A stretch of DNA of 63,295 nucleotides, filler included, from Rhabdomonas costata (taxonomy: Eukaryota), in NCBI GenBank assembly GCA_019059605.1. It is 42 parts of 42 records of this genome, joined end to end, with 100 filler letters (N's around TTAATTAATTAA, not from the genome) between each part and the next. Parts side by side here need not be neighbours in the genome. Positions count along the whole stretch, not along the records: positions 51,341 to 52,748 come from JAHMHO010016774.1; positions 52,849 to 54,257 come from JAHMHO010016775.1; positions 54,358 to 55,766 come from JAHMHO010016776.1; positions 55,867 to 57,275 come from JAHMHO010016777.1; positions 57,376 to 58,784 come from JAHMHO010016778.1; positions 58,885 to 60,289 come from JAHMHO010016779.1; positions 60,390 to 61,795 come from JAHMHO010016780.1; positions 61,896 to 63,295 come from JAHMHO010016781.1; 34 more parts are not named here. One strand, written 5' to 3'. The notes beneath the pieces are model-generated. The model saw nothing but the letters and a program-made list of their open reading frames with translations. It searched no databases and was not told the DNA's origin. Of the stretch, positions 51,715 to 63,295 are shown one piece after another. Each line of letters begins with the position of its first letter. The first letter of the stretch is position 1. A program made the translations under genes and the position numbers.

Positions 51715-53009
51715 GATGCTAAAAGGGTTCTGTGGTGACGTTCTCACCCGTCACCCCAATTTTCGTAGTTGGTGCAGGAGACCCCCCAATGAGCTAACTG
51801 GAACCAGCTGAATGCTGAGCTTGTTCTTTTTTTTACCTGGTTCCCTTGTTGGCACCAGTTCACACACGTGCAACACTTTTCTGCTTCTGATCTCTTTTTC
51901 CTTTTTCTGCCCTGATGCAGTGCGCACTGCGCTGCAATTTCCTGCTGCTCCAGCGGAGACCTGCCCCACTTTCCCTCTGTTCTTTGTTCAGAAGGATTCT
52001 GCGACTGGTTTCCGTGCAGCCTTTCCGAAGCTGTTGTGCGGCCCTTCCGGAATGTGGCGACCTATCACAATTATAGTTGGTTCACCGTTGCAGTAAAGCG
52101 CCCTCGGAAACCCGCTTGCTTCTAAGCATTATTCGGACTCTCTCCATTTTCGTTACTGGATTTGCAATCGACGACACTCAAGCAGCAGGGCATGCTCGCA
52201 CAGTTGGGGTGCCAATTGTCCAGGCGAAAAGAAATGTAGTAATTTACACGTGGGTCCAAAGGCAGAGAGAAGAAGATGCGAAGCAGAAGGGGGTGTGGGG
52301 GTTGGAACAGAAGACGTTGGCAGAGCAGCAGAGCGCAGTACCAGACCAAAGGGAAAAACAAGGGGCACTCTTCGGCAGTGTTCCTTTTTTGTGTAAAGGA
52401 GTTTCAGTGGAGGACAAACTTGGAAAAGGACAAGAACTCTTTTCTGGCTCTGTTGGAGTGCGTGCGGTTCCTTTTCTGAGCTTCCTTTATTGAAAGAGTT
52501 CCCTGGGGATTCAGTTATTCAAAGAGTCAGTTAGGTAAACTGGCCTCCTCCCAGAAAAAGGAACACTGCCGAAGGTATGCCAAACAAGGAAAGGGAAAGG
52601 CAGCAGACGTTTGTGAGTTGGGCAGTTGTGAGTGCTGATGTGAGAGGAACAGAGAGCGGGAAAAGCACCGACGGGGAAGATAACCTCGGACTGACTTTTA
52701 TCCGTCCTGGTTCTTGCCAGCATGTGTCGAACCATCGAACCCACAAACNNNNNNNNNNNNNNNNNNNNNNNNNNNNNNNNNNNNNNNNNNNNTTAATTAA
52801 TTAANNNNNNNNNNNNNNNNNNNNNNNNNNNNNNNNNNNNNNNNNNNNTGTTTTTGTGGGATATACCGATGTTTTCCAGATGTGCGGGTGATCATGGCTT
52901 GAGTTTTTTCTTCTCACTTTTGGCATGAAACATATATTCCATTTCCCTCAAAAAGTTGTTCATGGAGACAAAGGAAGGCACAGACTCATTCCAAGGCAGG
53001 CCATCGAAC

Positions 53010-53734
53010 TTCCAAGAGGTTCATGGGCAGCAGCCCATTTGCCGGTCCCAAGGGGAAGCGATACTGCACAAACTGGTCCACCGCCCAGCCCAGGGAAGCC
53101 CCATTCCACCGCACCTCCGCTCCCATCTTCACCCCATCCAAAATCAGTACCACTATGGTAAAGGTTCCCACAAAAAAATGGCGGAAACAAAGAACTGACA
53201 AGAAGAGAAACTCAAGAAGCGATGACAGCAATGGGCCAAGACAGCCGTGATCAACATCACCGCATTCTTTGGAAAGGCGATGCGTGACGGACCTTTGATG
53301 TGAAGTTGAACCGGGCAGGTTTTGGACAGCCCAGTGACAAGAGACAATTTCTAATGCTTAATGTAGGGATGCTTTAAACATAGGAATAATTTCGGGATCG
53401 CACATACCCAACTCTGCGTGTGTGCGTGTGTCTGTGTGGCCGTAATAACCATGTTGAAGGAAGCAAGAAGAGAAAAGAGGGGGCATAACATGGCAGCAAA
53501 GATTCACGAATTCCACACCGCAGTATGAGAAGGAGGACACCGAACACACAGCGGGACCTGTTTGGTGGGCAGCCCAGTGGGTGGGGGCCCATGGCACGGC
53601 TCTGGAATAGGACCAGTTTCGGGTGTACCACACAGGATCTGCAGGGCGGAAGTTCAGCTCGTAATAGGGGTCATCGACGAGGCCACTGCGCTGGAGGTCC
53701 GTGATCAGGTCCCCTGGGACTCTTCCAGGAATCC
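53010..53734 (-). CDS. GH2 beta-mannosidase-like protein, N-terminal sugar-binding domain, two exons
   Basis: Exons 53734-53558 (VPGDLITDLQRSGLVDDPYYELN...WSY) and 53152 to about 53010 (LILDGVKMGAEVRWNGASLGWAVDQFVQYRF). Confidence 0.85.
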
Positions 53735-54357
53735 CTGAAGGAGCGCAGCACCCCTCCCCGTTGATTGACATCAAAGCATTACACGTGCGAAGAGGAACGT
53801 GGTGCAGAAGAAGAATTGCGGAGTTTGAAAAGCGGCCATCCCACGCAACTTTCTTCAGAGCAGCCTTTAACATCTTGCCCATCTGATGGAAGGAGTGTCT
53901 GTCGTGGCGGGCATCTGGAACACGTGGTGCCTCACACCTGTCGTTCATTGTATACTTCACAGAAGAGTTAGGGCGAGCTTTCCGTCAGGTTTTGTGTTTT
54001 AACTCCTTTCGTCAAGACAAGCATGCCATGACGCTAACCAAAACCATAAACGGCTGCAGAGATGCCGGCCATACTTTTTTAGAATACGATCTTCAAAGGA
54101 ACGTTTTTCTTCAAAGGAACTTTGTGTTTAACTGTTCAGTTACGGGGCGACCCGGAACTGTGGGGGCACAAGTTCCGAGCTGTCGTTGCGAGGTCACAAA
54201 CTCGAACGATGGACGAATGCAAAAGCGGAGAATGGGGGGGGGGAATTCCACAAAAAANNNNNNNNNNNNNNNNNNNNNNNNNNNNNNNNNNNNNNNNNNN
54301 NTTAATTAATTAANNNNNNNNNNNNNNNNNNNNNNNNNNNNNNNNNNNNNNNNNNNN

Positions 54358-55766
54358 GGGAGCGCGAAGAGTTGCCTGCTGCAGCGGTCAGCCAGGTTGC
54401 GGCCACAGTTGCGGAAGGAGCCTATTCCAAGGGTTTGTCTCTTTTGACCGGCAGTAGTAAGCTAGCCCCAGTAGAACCGGCCACCGTAACAGCTGCAGGC
54501 TCTACACCCCCCGGGACGACCTTCAGGGAGCTCTTCTCCCCAGTGCGGGTTGTTCACAGACTCTGGCCTCACGGCAAAACAGGCCCTCCGAGAACTCCGC
54601 GCTTTCAAGCCACTTTCTGTGCCTGGACCGAGAGGGCTTCGACACACCCACCTTCTGGAGGCTGTGGATGTTCCGTGTGTGGCAGACTAAACTGGCTCCC
54701 CCTTCAACTGGGAGTCGGGGTTCGCGGAGCAACAACGCAGATTAGCCGAAAGCTTCAGCGGCTGTTGCACTCCCACCCTGGATGGCACGTCCTTTAGGTG
54801 GATGTCTCTAACGCCTTCAACTCTGTTGACCGCCACGCGATTCTGTCAGCACTAACCGAGCTTCTTCCAGACCTTCTGCCGCGGTTTGAGTTCACGCACG
54901 GTCAGCCCTCTGCTCTTCTCTGCACCGAACAACACTCCTTTCCACCCAAGGCACCCAGCAAGGCGATCCTCTGGGCCCAGCCTTTTTCGCGCTCGCGATT
55001 CAGCGCCATCAGCACTCAGCACCCTGCAAAACCTTCCGGGCATCGAGTGGCAGGTCGGTACTTGGAAGACGGCGAACTTGTTGGTGAGCCTGAGGCCCTG
55101 CTAAACGCTTTAGACCACGTTTCCCGGAGTTTCCAGGAGCTTGGCATGAAGGTGAACCTAGCGAAGTGCAAGATGTGGAGTCCTCGGGGCCTCTCAAAAG
55201 AAAGCACGGTCCCGTTTCCCCGTTTTTCGACTGGAATTCCCCAAAGGCAGTCCTCGAACACCCTTTCGTTCAGACGCAGCCCAGGTGCGGTCGAAGCACC
55301 AGGCCTTTCTCCAGCGCTTGGCAAAGGTCCCTGACCCCAGGTAGCTCTCTCCTTGTTGAGATATTGTCTGGGTGCCCAGAAGATAAAACACCCTCTTGCC
55401 AGCGACTTTGCCGACAGCACGGAGCAGGACCTGCCCCTCACTCTCGACTGCATCCTGGGCAGCTGCCTTCCCGATCGCGTGTGGTATCAGAGTTGCCTCC
55501 CAATACGCATCGGAGGTTTCGGCGTTCAGAATCCAAAGTCTCAAAGTCCAAAATCTCATTCACATTGCGGCGCACTTCTCCAGAACAGGTCCATCTCCAA
55601 CTCCATAAGGACCTTCTTTAAAGCGCGACGCTTTGAGACAAGGTGTGGTTGAAGAGTGTCGTACCGAACACTAACCTTGGTTTCCACTTTGACAAAGAGA
55701 AATTCCTTCTGCTATCACACTTCCACCTTCCACTCCTCACAGCTGCAGCGGCGGGATCACCCCACA
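54358..55766 (+). mobile_element. Decayed CRE/SLACS-like non-LTR retrotransposon, RT domain
   Basis: LPLQLGVGVRG, *VDVSNAFNSVDR, QQGDPLGPAFF, YLEDG, GMKVNLAKC and LPIRIGGFGV occur in order, broken by stops and frameshifts. Confidence 0.88.
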
Positions 55767-56518
55767 NNNNNNNNNNNNNNNNNNNNNNNNNNNNNNNNNN
55801 NNNNNNNNNNTTAATTAATTAANNNNNNNNNNNNNNNNNNNNNNNNNNNNNNNNNNNNNNNNNNNNGGTTGTGGGTAGGTCTTTCCGTATGGTCCCCGTG
55901 CCTATCATTTGCCGATACAGAGTTGTGGGAAACTTTACGAAGTAAATTAAAACCTATAGGGTGCAGGTCGGGTGCAGGCAAGCAAGCAAGCGAACATCTC
56001 CCTGAGCAGTCCTGGTTTTTCAGCGTGAGCACGTGGTGTTCTTCTTCAACTTTTCCCTGCAGCAGGGTGTCTACAGGGGGCCTTGTGAGATTGGCTCATG
56101 TGTGATACGAATTCAAAACAAGCAGCAACTTATGCAAGGAACTTAATCATTGAACCAGCATAACCAAGATAAAAACTGGTGACTGAATGCAACCTGAAAA
56201 AAGCTCTGAATGGGAATTCATTCCACACCGTTCATCTCGCAGTTTCAATTCTGCTGTTCAAGCTTTTTTTTTGCTGGTTCCTCTGTGCTTGGTGCTCGGG
56301 ACGAGTGAGCCATTGACTCCTGTTTCCCTTTCATGTGTGCGATTGTGTGTGTGGAATGCTCCTTGGGCGAACAGTGGACCATCCTTTTCCTCGCAGTCTG
56401 CGCCACACATCGTGAATGCCTTCCGCAACAGCGTCTGCCTATGCAGTAATGAGAGTGCGTAAGTTGCTTTCACATACAGAGGGTTCCTTGTTCTACGCCG
56501 CATCTATCCTCTGACCAG

Positions 56519-57071
56519 GACTCTCGGGGAACTGTGGCCTCCCAGCTGTGGCCTCACCTGGTGGTCTTCACGCACGGCGTGGTGCAGGCTCATCTGCTGC
56601 GATGGGCGCGCAAGTTCCGCCGCCGTGGCCACCCCCCGCTGCCCGCGCTGACCCTGGAGCAGCTCCCAGAGTTCATCCAGGTGGGCGTCCTTTCGCAGCC
56701 CTCCGTGAAATGTCGACTAATTTGTTGTTGTGAACCTTACAGTGTTTACCCCAGTGGTTACTGATGTATCAGGGTATCAAAGGGTGGTGTGGAATGAAGA
56801 AGACGAATGTTAAGCCAACCCAGCCAATCTCGGGTCAACATCTAATCCCAATTAACCTCACAGCACTGAGTCGCAGCACTGAGTATAGCCTCTATATCGG
56901 AAATCGCGTGTAAGTGTGTGTGTGCATGATCTAGGTGGAGCTGACGAGCTCCTTCTCCCGTCACTATTCCGTCGCTGCGGAGGCTGCGCAGCAGGCCAGG
57001 GCCGCGGTCTCCCCAGGATCCGTCTCAACTTCCCCTGCTTCTCCTAGGGATATGGCGGACTTTCCAGAGGA
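56519..57071 (+). CDS. Exons of hypothetical protein
   Basis: AG/GT-bounded GC-rich exons 56519-56680 and about 56935-57071 join in frame (...LPEFIQ|VELTSSF...). Confidence 0.55.
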
Positions 57072-57375
57072 GGTGCTTCTCATTACTTCTTTTACCCGCG
57101 TTTGGTCATGTTTTTTTCTTGCTGAGTTGAATCCTGGGGTAATACTTGGCCCCCTTATATCGCCTTAGGTACATGGGACTGCTACAGTTCATTCTCTGAT
57201 CGTTCTACCAGGTGCGCCTATCTCGCCTCTTCAGCCAACCTCCGGAGCCCCACCACACCAACCACACCCACCACANNNNNNNNNNNNNNNNNNNNNNNNN
57301 NNNNNNNNNNNNNNNNNNNTTAATTAATTAANNNNNNNNNNNNNNNNNNNNNNNNNNNNNNNNNNNNNNNNNNNN

Positions 57376-58351
57376 AGAGGGACCCGGAGGGGGAGGAGGA
57401 AGAAGAGGAGGGAGAGGAGCAGGAGGCTGAGCCCGAGGTGCTGCGGTTCCCTGTGGGCAGGCTCGACCCGGAGCAGGACACCCTGCGGGTCTCAGTGTGC
57501 GACGGGAGGCCTGGCCGGGGTACCACCCTGGTGTGTGTATGTCTGCGTGTATATCAGAGCGAATTGGGGAATTGACTGGACGTCAAAGGGGGTCTGTTGG
57601 GCTCATTCCACATCGAGGGTTGGGATTTCGAGTCCTCAAAAAAGTTTGCATGGTGCACTCCCCCCCCCTATTGGATATTTCATGCCCCTTCTTCCTGCAT
57701 CTTTTATTCAGTCTTTTTTATAGTTAGACACGGCACTGCTCTCTTTCTGCTCCCCAGCTAAGTTAGTGCTTTTTAGGACCTTCGCTGCCTATGACTGCAA
57801 GTGATACTACGAAGTTAATGTTCGGTATCGGAGCGCCGCTTCTCCCAAGTGATAAAACTCAAAGAAAAAACGGATCCAAAAATTCGGCATTTTTGTCCCA
57901 GTCAATGTTGTCAATGTTTTCAATGGGACAAAACTGCGCACAGACCTATCTCAGCATCGATTTGTTAGGAAATGGGGGCGGGGCGGGCGAAATTGAAGAT
58001 ACAGATGCAACTAGTTTAGTTTAGCCTTGTTTGCAAGCAAGGGAAGGTCATGGTGCAAGGAATTCAAGGGGCATGCGAAATTTTCCGAATTACTTGTCAA
58101 TTTTCTCTTCGGTGGGGACCCCTTTAAAATTGCGTTTTGTCAAGTGCATTTGTGCCGTCCCTCCGCTTTTGTTTCCGCCGAATGCGCCGCAGGGCTCGGG
58201 CACCGTGAGCCTGACGCAGCTCTCGCCCACCTCGGGGCCAATGTCGATCTGCGCCCCGCTGTATCCCCCAGCCCTGTCCAGCTCGGAGACCACACCCTCG
58301 GGCACCGTCTTGGGATGCCTGCAGATCACCGTGGAGCTCGTGCTGGAGTGA
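57376..58351 (+). CDS. C-terminal C2-like domain protein, last two exons
   Basis: Exons up to 57530 (LRFPV...TLRVSVCDG...TTL) and 58193-58351 (GSGTVSLTQL...LGCLQITVEL*) follow the C2 beta-strand pattern. Confidence 0.6.
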
Positions 58352-58943
58352 GGGCCATCCCCCTTCCCAATTTCGGCTCACCCATGTCCACAACCGTCTG
58401 GCATCCGGACCAAAGAGGGAGAGTGTAATGGATATAGGACCGGGGATGAAGCCTCAATGTTCTGATGTCACTGGCTAGACACGGTGTGGACTGATATGTA
58501 CAGCATGCTTTTTCGACAGGAGTTTCCAATTTTTTGCATCGCTGTAAATATGGACGTCCAGCGAGCTTACCTTTTAAGGGCAACACGTCCCGAAGCAACT
58601 GGTCTGAAGGGATCGTTCTGTTTTGGGAGAAGATGTACATTTTGGTGCGATTGAGGAATAGGTGGGTGGGTTTTGGAGCTCCATCGATGGGGGCAGGGGG
58701 ACTGAACAATCCCTCTCGCTCTGATGCAAAAGTCAAATTGAGTGTGCAGAACAACCTATGCTTCATCCATGCATTTCGCTCAATNNNNNNNNNNNNNNNN
58801 NNNNNNNNNNNNNNNNNNNNNNNNNNNNTTAATTAATTAANNNNNNNNNNNNNNNNNNNNNNNNNNNNNNNNNNNNNNNNNNNNGTGCTTGTATGCGTAG
58901 CCGCAAGGGCATGTTCAGGTGCACGCGCACGCTCTACCTTCAG

Positions 58944-59869
58944 GCCTTTGAGGCCGCTCTCGGGCTGTGGTGGGAGAAGGATGGCTCCTCAGATGCGACC
59001 GTGGAGGCGGTGTGGGGGCTTGCCCTGGACCTGAGCCGAGGGGAACTGGGGCTGCCTTCAGCCTCTCTCCATCTTGCCGTCGCGCGAGTGGTTGACACCC
59101 AGCAATGGTATGCCTCCCCCCTCCTCCTACCTTGGATGACTTTCATTGTTGACTGCGCGGTGCCTACACGGCCTTGCAGCTGCGGCGAGCAACGTGTGAA
59201 CAATCAGTCAGCGCGGTTTCCAGCCAGTGTGCCACAGAAGCCGATGTCGGGAGGTTGGATGAAATGAAAGATGTTGGATGAGTGTTGGCTACTTCGTTGT
59301 TTCGATATTGTTGGATTGGGTGTGGCAGGTGGAAGGTGTTTCTGGTGGCGAAGCAGGCGATGCTCTGCTCCCACTTTGCTCTCGCCGCAGATCTGCTGAA
59401 CAAGCTCCTGGAGGTACAACTTTTTTTCGACGCTTTTTTCGCAGCGCCATCAAAAACGGGGTGCGATTAATCATCTGGACTGCGTTGGTACAGCTGCAGC
59501 AACAGCACATAAGGCTTCGTTTCCCACCCGCATCCATACGAATGCTCGAGAGGCAGGCGCCCACTTCACGCATCGCACCACCCATGCGCGTCTCGTAGGC
59601 AAAGAAAGGAAGGGTTATTAGTGTTCGACGCCCCAGTGCCGGACACGTAATCTGAAAAGAGAATGTACAAATCCTACTCCGTTCTACTTCTTGGATGGGC
59701 ATCCTGGTTGTGTCTCTTGGAGTATTGGGCTCGTTCCCCTGTCCCACTTTCACGCACACTCACTCACTCACTCTCTCGCCCTATTCCTCCTTCAGGTGGT
59801 CGAGAGCGAGACTTGCTTCGCGTTTCTGAGCATGCTGGCCCGTTTGGCAGAGGCTGAGCACACCTTTTG
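58944..59869 (+). CDS. INTS7: Integrator subunit 7-like protein, three exons
   Basis: Exons 58944-59107, 59329-59413 and 59796-59869 give WKVFLVAKQAMLCSHFALAADLLNKLLEVVESETCFAFLSMLARLAEAE, matching my recollection of the INTS7 W..Y..A+QA....H...A..L...L...V.SE....WL..L.....AE segment. Confidence 0.7.
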
Positions 59870-60536
59870 GTTTGTCTTCCCCCCACTACCGTACTCGTCC
59901 CTTGACATTGGCTCCTTTCCCCGCCACACCGCCACAGGAACCAAACAGCAGGACTATCCCATCGATTCGTGTTCCCTCCACCACACCAGTTGCCCCTCCC
60001 CCCATCCCTTATCCAGCCCATAGCTCCGTGTAGCTTTCAACGGCAGTCCTCGGTTGGGGACTTGTGCACCCGCGGATCGCGGGTCGACTCTAGAATCACA
60101 ACCGCGGGTGGGTGGCAAAGATTTTAAACGTTTAGCACTGCTATACGTTTAGGTCAGAACGCAAGGGTGATGAACGGTTCCCAGGAGATGGTAATACAAA
60201 AGGGATTTCGATTAGCTCAGGTGCGAAGGCCGGCGCCACGGCCGAGCTTTTTTATGTTATTTTTGTTAGTGGGTGATGGACCAACCACANNNNNNNNNNN
60301 NNNNNNNNNNNNNNNNNNNNNNNNNNNNNNNNNTTAATTAATTAANNNNNNNNNNNNNNNNNNNNNNNNNNNNNNNNNNNNNNNNNNNNGCAAGAGACTC
60401 GGCAAACGTGTAGTCTGATGGCCACACGTTTGTGATGCAGGGTGGCCGGTGCTGTTCGAAGGACAGCGGGATCTCGCGGTTTGCAATAGTTCCAAGGCAA
60501 ATGTCAGGGGAGGAAGGGGAAGGGAAGGAAAAAGAC

Positions 60537-61384
60537 CTCCAGGATGGGGAGGATCCCGCGGCATCCGGGGACAACATTAGTGACCTCGACGATGGTGTAG
60601 CCGTCCGCCGGGACGCCAGCGCTCCGGCCCCCGATGCGCAGCTCCTTGATCGGAAATGCCGAGGGTGTCCGAGGCATGGCGTGCAGGATCTGTTCGGGAT
60701 GCACAAATCACGAGAGAGCATTTAGTTCGGAGGGATGGGGGCAGTAAAATAGATATGGCAGCGGCCAGAGTAGCCAGATTGTAGCAATAATGCGAATCAT
60801 CGACTGTGTTGCGAAAAAGAGTGTAAAATCAAGTCCAGGTATACCAGCAACACCTGCTTTTGGACAGGGAGTTTCAGCACTTTCCTCCTTCTCGTTTCCC
60901 GGTAACTTGGGAACTTGGGGTTGCAGCGGGCCTTTGCAAAGCATATTTCCACCTGCACATGCTTCCGGTCTTGAGGTGACTTTCTCTCTCACTCTCACTC
61001 CTTCTCTTTCTTTTTGGCTTTTTGGTGAGAAGATCGCAGTCGCATCCCATGAAGCCAGGCAGGTTATTGCCAACTTGACAAGTCGAAGACCCCACCAAGG
61101 ACAACCAACGTACCGCATGTGTGTAACATCTCACTTCCATTGTTTTGTAGACCACAGCACTTCTCGAGCTGCGGTAATGCAGTGGAAATAGCATGATATT
61201 CTTTGGTGAAGGGAGAAAAGTGCTACGCAAAAGACACCGCCGAGTGGAGCTTCACTCCGTACACACAACAGTAGTAGTTGTACACCGATGAGCAGGACTG
61301 ACCGTACAGCGACACCAGAGGGATGATCTCCTGGCGAGGCTCATTGATGGGGGCGCGGAGGCCGATCTTCGACGACGTTGGACC
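60537..61384 (-). CDS. Two exons, probable N-terminal cap of an RNI-like LRR protein
   Basis: Exons 61384-61238 and 60689-60537: YNYYCCVYGVKLHSA|ILHAMP...PIKELRI...GCRGILPILE. Confidence 0.5.
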
Positions 61385-61895
61385 CTGCAGCGTGCGCACG
61401 GGAGTGGAAATGAATAGAATTCTTTCACGCGATTTTTGCGCACATAACTGCAGAAGCGGACACTTCAATGTGGACCATATATGACCTATTCGTGGGTGTC
61501 ATAGCTGCGTCATATCTTAAGGGATATGGGTTCCCGTTTTCAAATATCCACTTGAACCATCAGATGGCGCTGACAGGAGACAACAAAAGATTTACCAACG
61601 TTTAAGCGATAAAAACGGCAACCGATCCGTTTCCATCCCCATAACTACAATCCAAACGCAACAGGAAGATTTCAAGGTGGAAGTGAAGGGTGAGACCGAA
61701 AGGCTGGCGTCAAGGGGCGAAGAAGGGGCCGCTGTGGGACTTCCCGAGGCTGCAGGTCGCTTCCCGACTTCCTGCTGCGCAGAAAAACCCAACACNNNNN
61801 NNNNNNNNNNNNNNNNNNNNNNNNNNNNNNNNNNNNNNNTTAATTAATTAANNNNNNNNNNNNNNNNNNNNNNNNNNNNNNNNNNNNNNNNNNNN

Positions 61896-62880
61896 TGTGT
61901 GGTGGGTCGAAACCGCAGCTCGTATGTGATCACCGAGAGGAAGGGGTTCCCTCGGAGGTCGAAGGGCAACCCCAATGCCCCCAGGGCCACGCTGTAGTTC
62001 AGGGATGCCGTGGGGCCGGCAAGACCCAGCATTCCGGTGCCCTTTAGGCGGAAGGATTGGGTCAGGGCCATCGCCTCTGTGGGTTGGATCAGGTCCATAA
62101 AGGCGCTCTTTGTGGCGAGCATCATCGAGCTGCGCAGCTTCACCGTGACTCCCTGCAAGAAGCACGAGACTAATTCATGTCAAATGAATAAAAAACAGGC
62201 TGAAGAAAGACGGGCATCGACCTTCGTGCAGGCTGTGAGATAGCAGGCTAAATATTGGCTGCTCAAGGGCGCATCAACAGTTTCCCTGCACGCACAGGCG
62301 TTCTGCTGATGTAACATAAGCAGCTACACTGTGGATCCGTGCAAAATTTACATACATATCATTTGAACCATTTTGAATCATTTGAACGCAACACCTCAAA
62401 AATCCTCTGGATCGCAGAGTAAAGTAGGCAGAACTTAAGCGTTCGCGTCCACAGAAAAGCAACGTAAGAATCCCCACGTAGAGATCTAACGGAAAAAACT
62501 CTTAGGGAGCAATGAACCGCATGGCTCATGAAAGATAAACTCAATGCTCCGCACCGCAGAGCACGGGACAACATACGCGCCTGCACAGTTACATGCAATA
62601 CATACCATGCACGTACCGATCAATACCAAACCAACGCATCTCAGATACCTCCACAGAGGTCCGACCCTGGCTGTTGATGCTGCTGACTCCATCGCTGGCC
62701 GACTGCCAGGACACCATCCACACAGAGATGGTGGGCCCCACCGTGAAGACGCACATAGCCACCACAACCACCCACTTCAGCTGGAGACGGAGACCCTTCT
62801 TCCAGCGGCTCATGGGATCCACGCGGAAGCTGCTGGCCGGGCTGCGCAGCTCCGAGGAGACCCGCTCTTCGGAGAAACGC
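61896..62880 (-). CDS. Membrane protein N-terminus (TM helix plus extracellular region), possibly receptor cyclase/sensor-type
   Basis: Exons about 62880-62649 (LQLKWVVVVAMCVFTVGPTISVWMVSW) and 62152 to contig end join in frame; no catalytic domain in view. Confidence 0.5.
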
Positions 62881-63295
62881 TCAGGTCAGAGCTAACGGCG
62901 TGTGCCCTCACCATGGTTTGCATCAGAGGCATTGCACCCCCGGTATAATACGAAATATGAATAGAATGTTGGTGCACCAATAAAACCAAAACCTGTGCAG
63001 AACCAACAGGCATTTCAAAATTCAGAAATGACACGCAACAACGACCTAGGTGGCTACAGTGGCTGCTATTGGTGTTGAAATCCCCCCACATTTTGCTTCC
63101 CCGCAGTTGTCCTTGAACTGCGGATGCAATACTTTGAGAGACCGACAATCCAAAACTTTCCGGAACCAAAAGAACGCCATGGAACGGAATGGACACAATT
63201 CCCAGGAAGTGGCAAGCAGACAAGATATAGTTCGCTGGGATGGCAGAGGAAGGTGCACCAGCAGGAAGGACAAAAGCACGGCAAGCCAACAACCA

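Larger units (their letters stand above)
1411..61895. other. 41 artificial 100-nt contig linkers (N44-TTAATTAATTAA-N44), first at 1411-1510, last at 61796-61895
   Basis: Identical palindromic 12-mer with stops in all six frames, embedded in Ns, recurring about every 1,510 nt; flanking sequences are unrelated. Confidence 0.99.

Noticed and set aside
60213..60252. tRNA or SINE from a TAGCTCAG A-box
   Set aside because: No B-box or cloverleaf follows.
1455..61851. Regularly spaced TTAATTAATTAA as a CRISPR-like or biological repeat
   Set aside because: Always embedded in fixed N runs; it is an assembly linker.
1..63295. Multi-gene system or cluster from neighbouring genes (for example ABC transporter plus histidine kinase)
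   Set aside because: Neighbours are on separate contigs ordered by length.
1..63295. SL RNA, 5S, tRNA or rRNA genes
   Set aside because: None recognised by eye; an Infernal/tRNAscan run would be needed to exclude them.

Overview
This window is not a continuous locus. It is 42 unrelated short contigs (about 1,400-1,424 nt each) joined by 41 identical 100-nt artificial linkers (N44-TTAATTAATTAA-N44), so gene neighbourhood across linkers has no meaning. Most contigs start with G/T-only and end with A/C-only sequence resembling whole-genome-amplification primer. The DNA is from an intron-rich eukaryote with short GC-rich exons, degenerate GT-N-Y donors and TTAGGG repeats; a euglenid is my best inference. 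Recognisable exon fragments: ABCG/PDR transporter, hybrid histidine kinase, hnRNP-F/H-like qRRM protein, universal stress protein, PITH-domain protein, class II PRPP synthetase, a sushi/CCP-repeat protein, SMC4, RPSA, three LRR proteins, a papain-family protease, GH2 beta-mannosidase, a C2-domain protein and an INTS7-like protein. Decayed mobile elements are also present: a CRE-like LINE, two Ty3/gypsy-type proteases, a MULE-like transposase, possible DIRS-like pieces and MITEs. I cannot support any complete novel multi-gene system. The best leads are a MITE family (one copy with an 8-bp target duplication), an inward-facing telomeric array next to an RNase H-like remnant, domain-per-exon phase-1 sushi modules, an INTS7-like gene, a probable GC-AG intron and one compositionally odd contig. 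All protein calls are by-eye motif recognition, not database searches.
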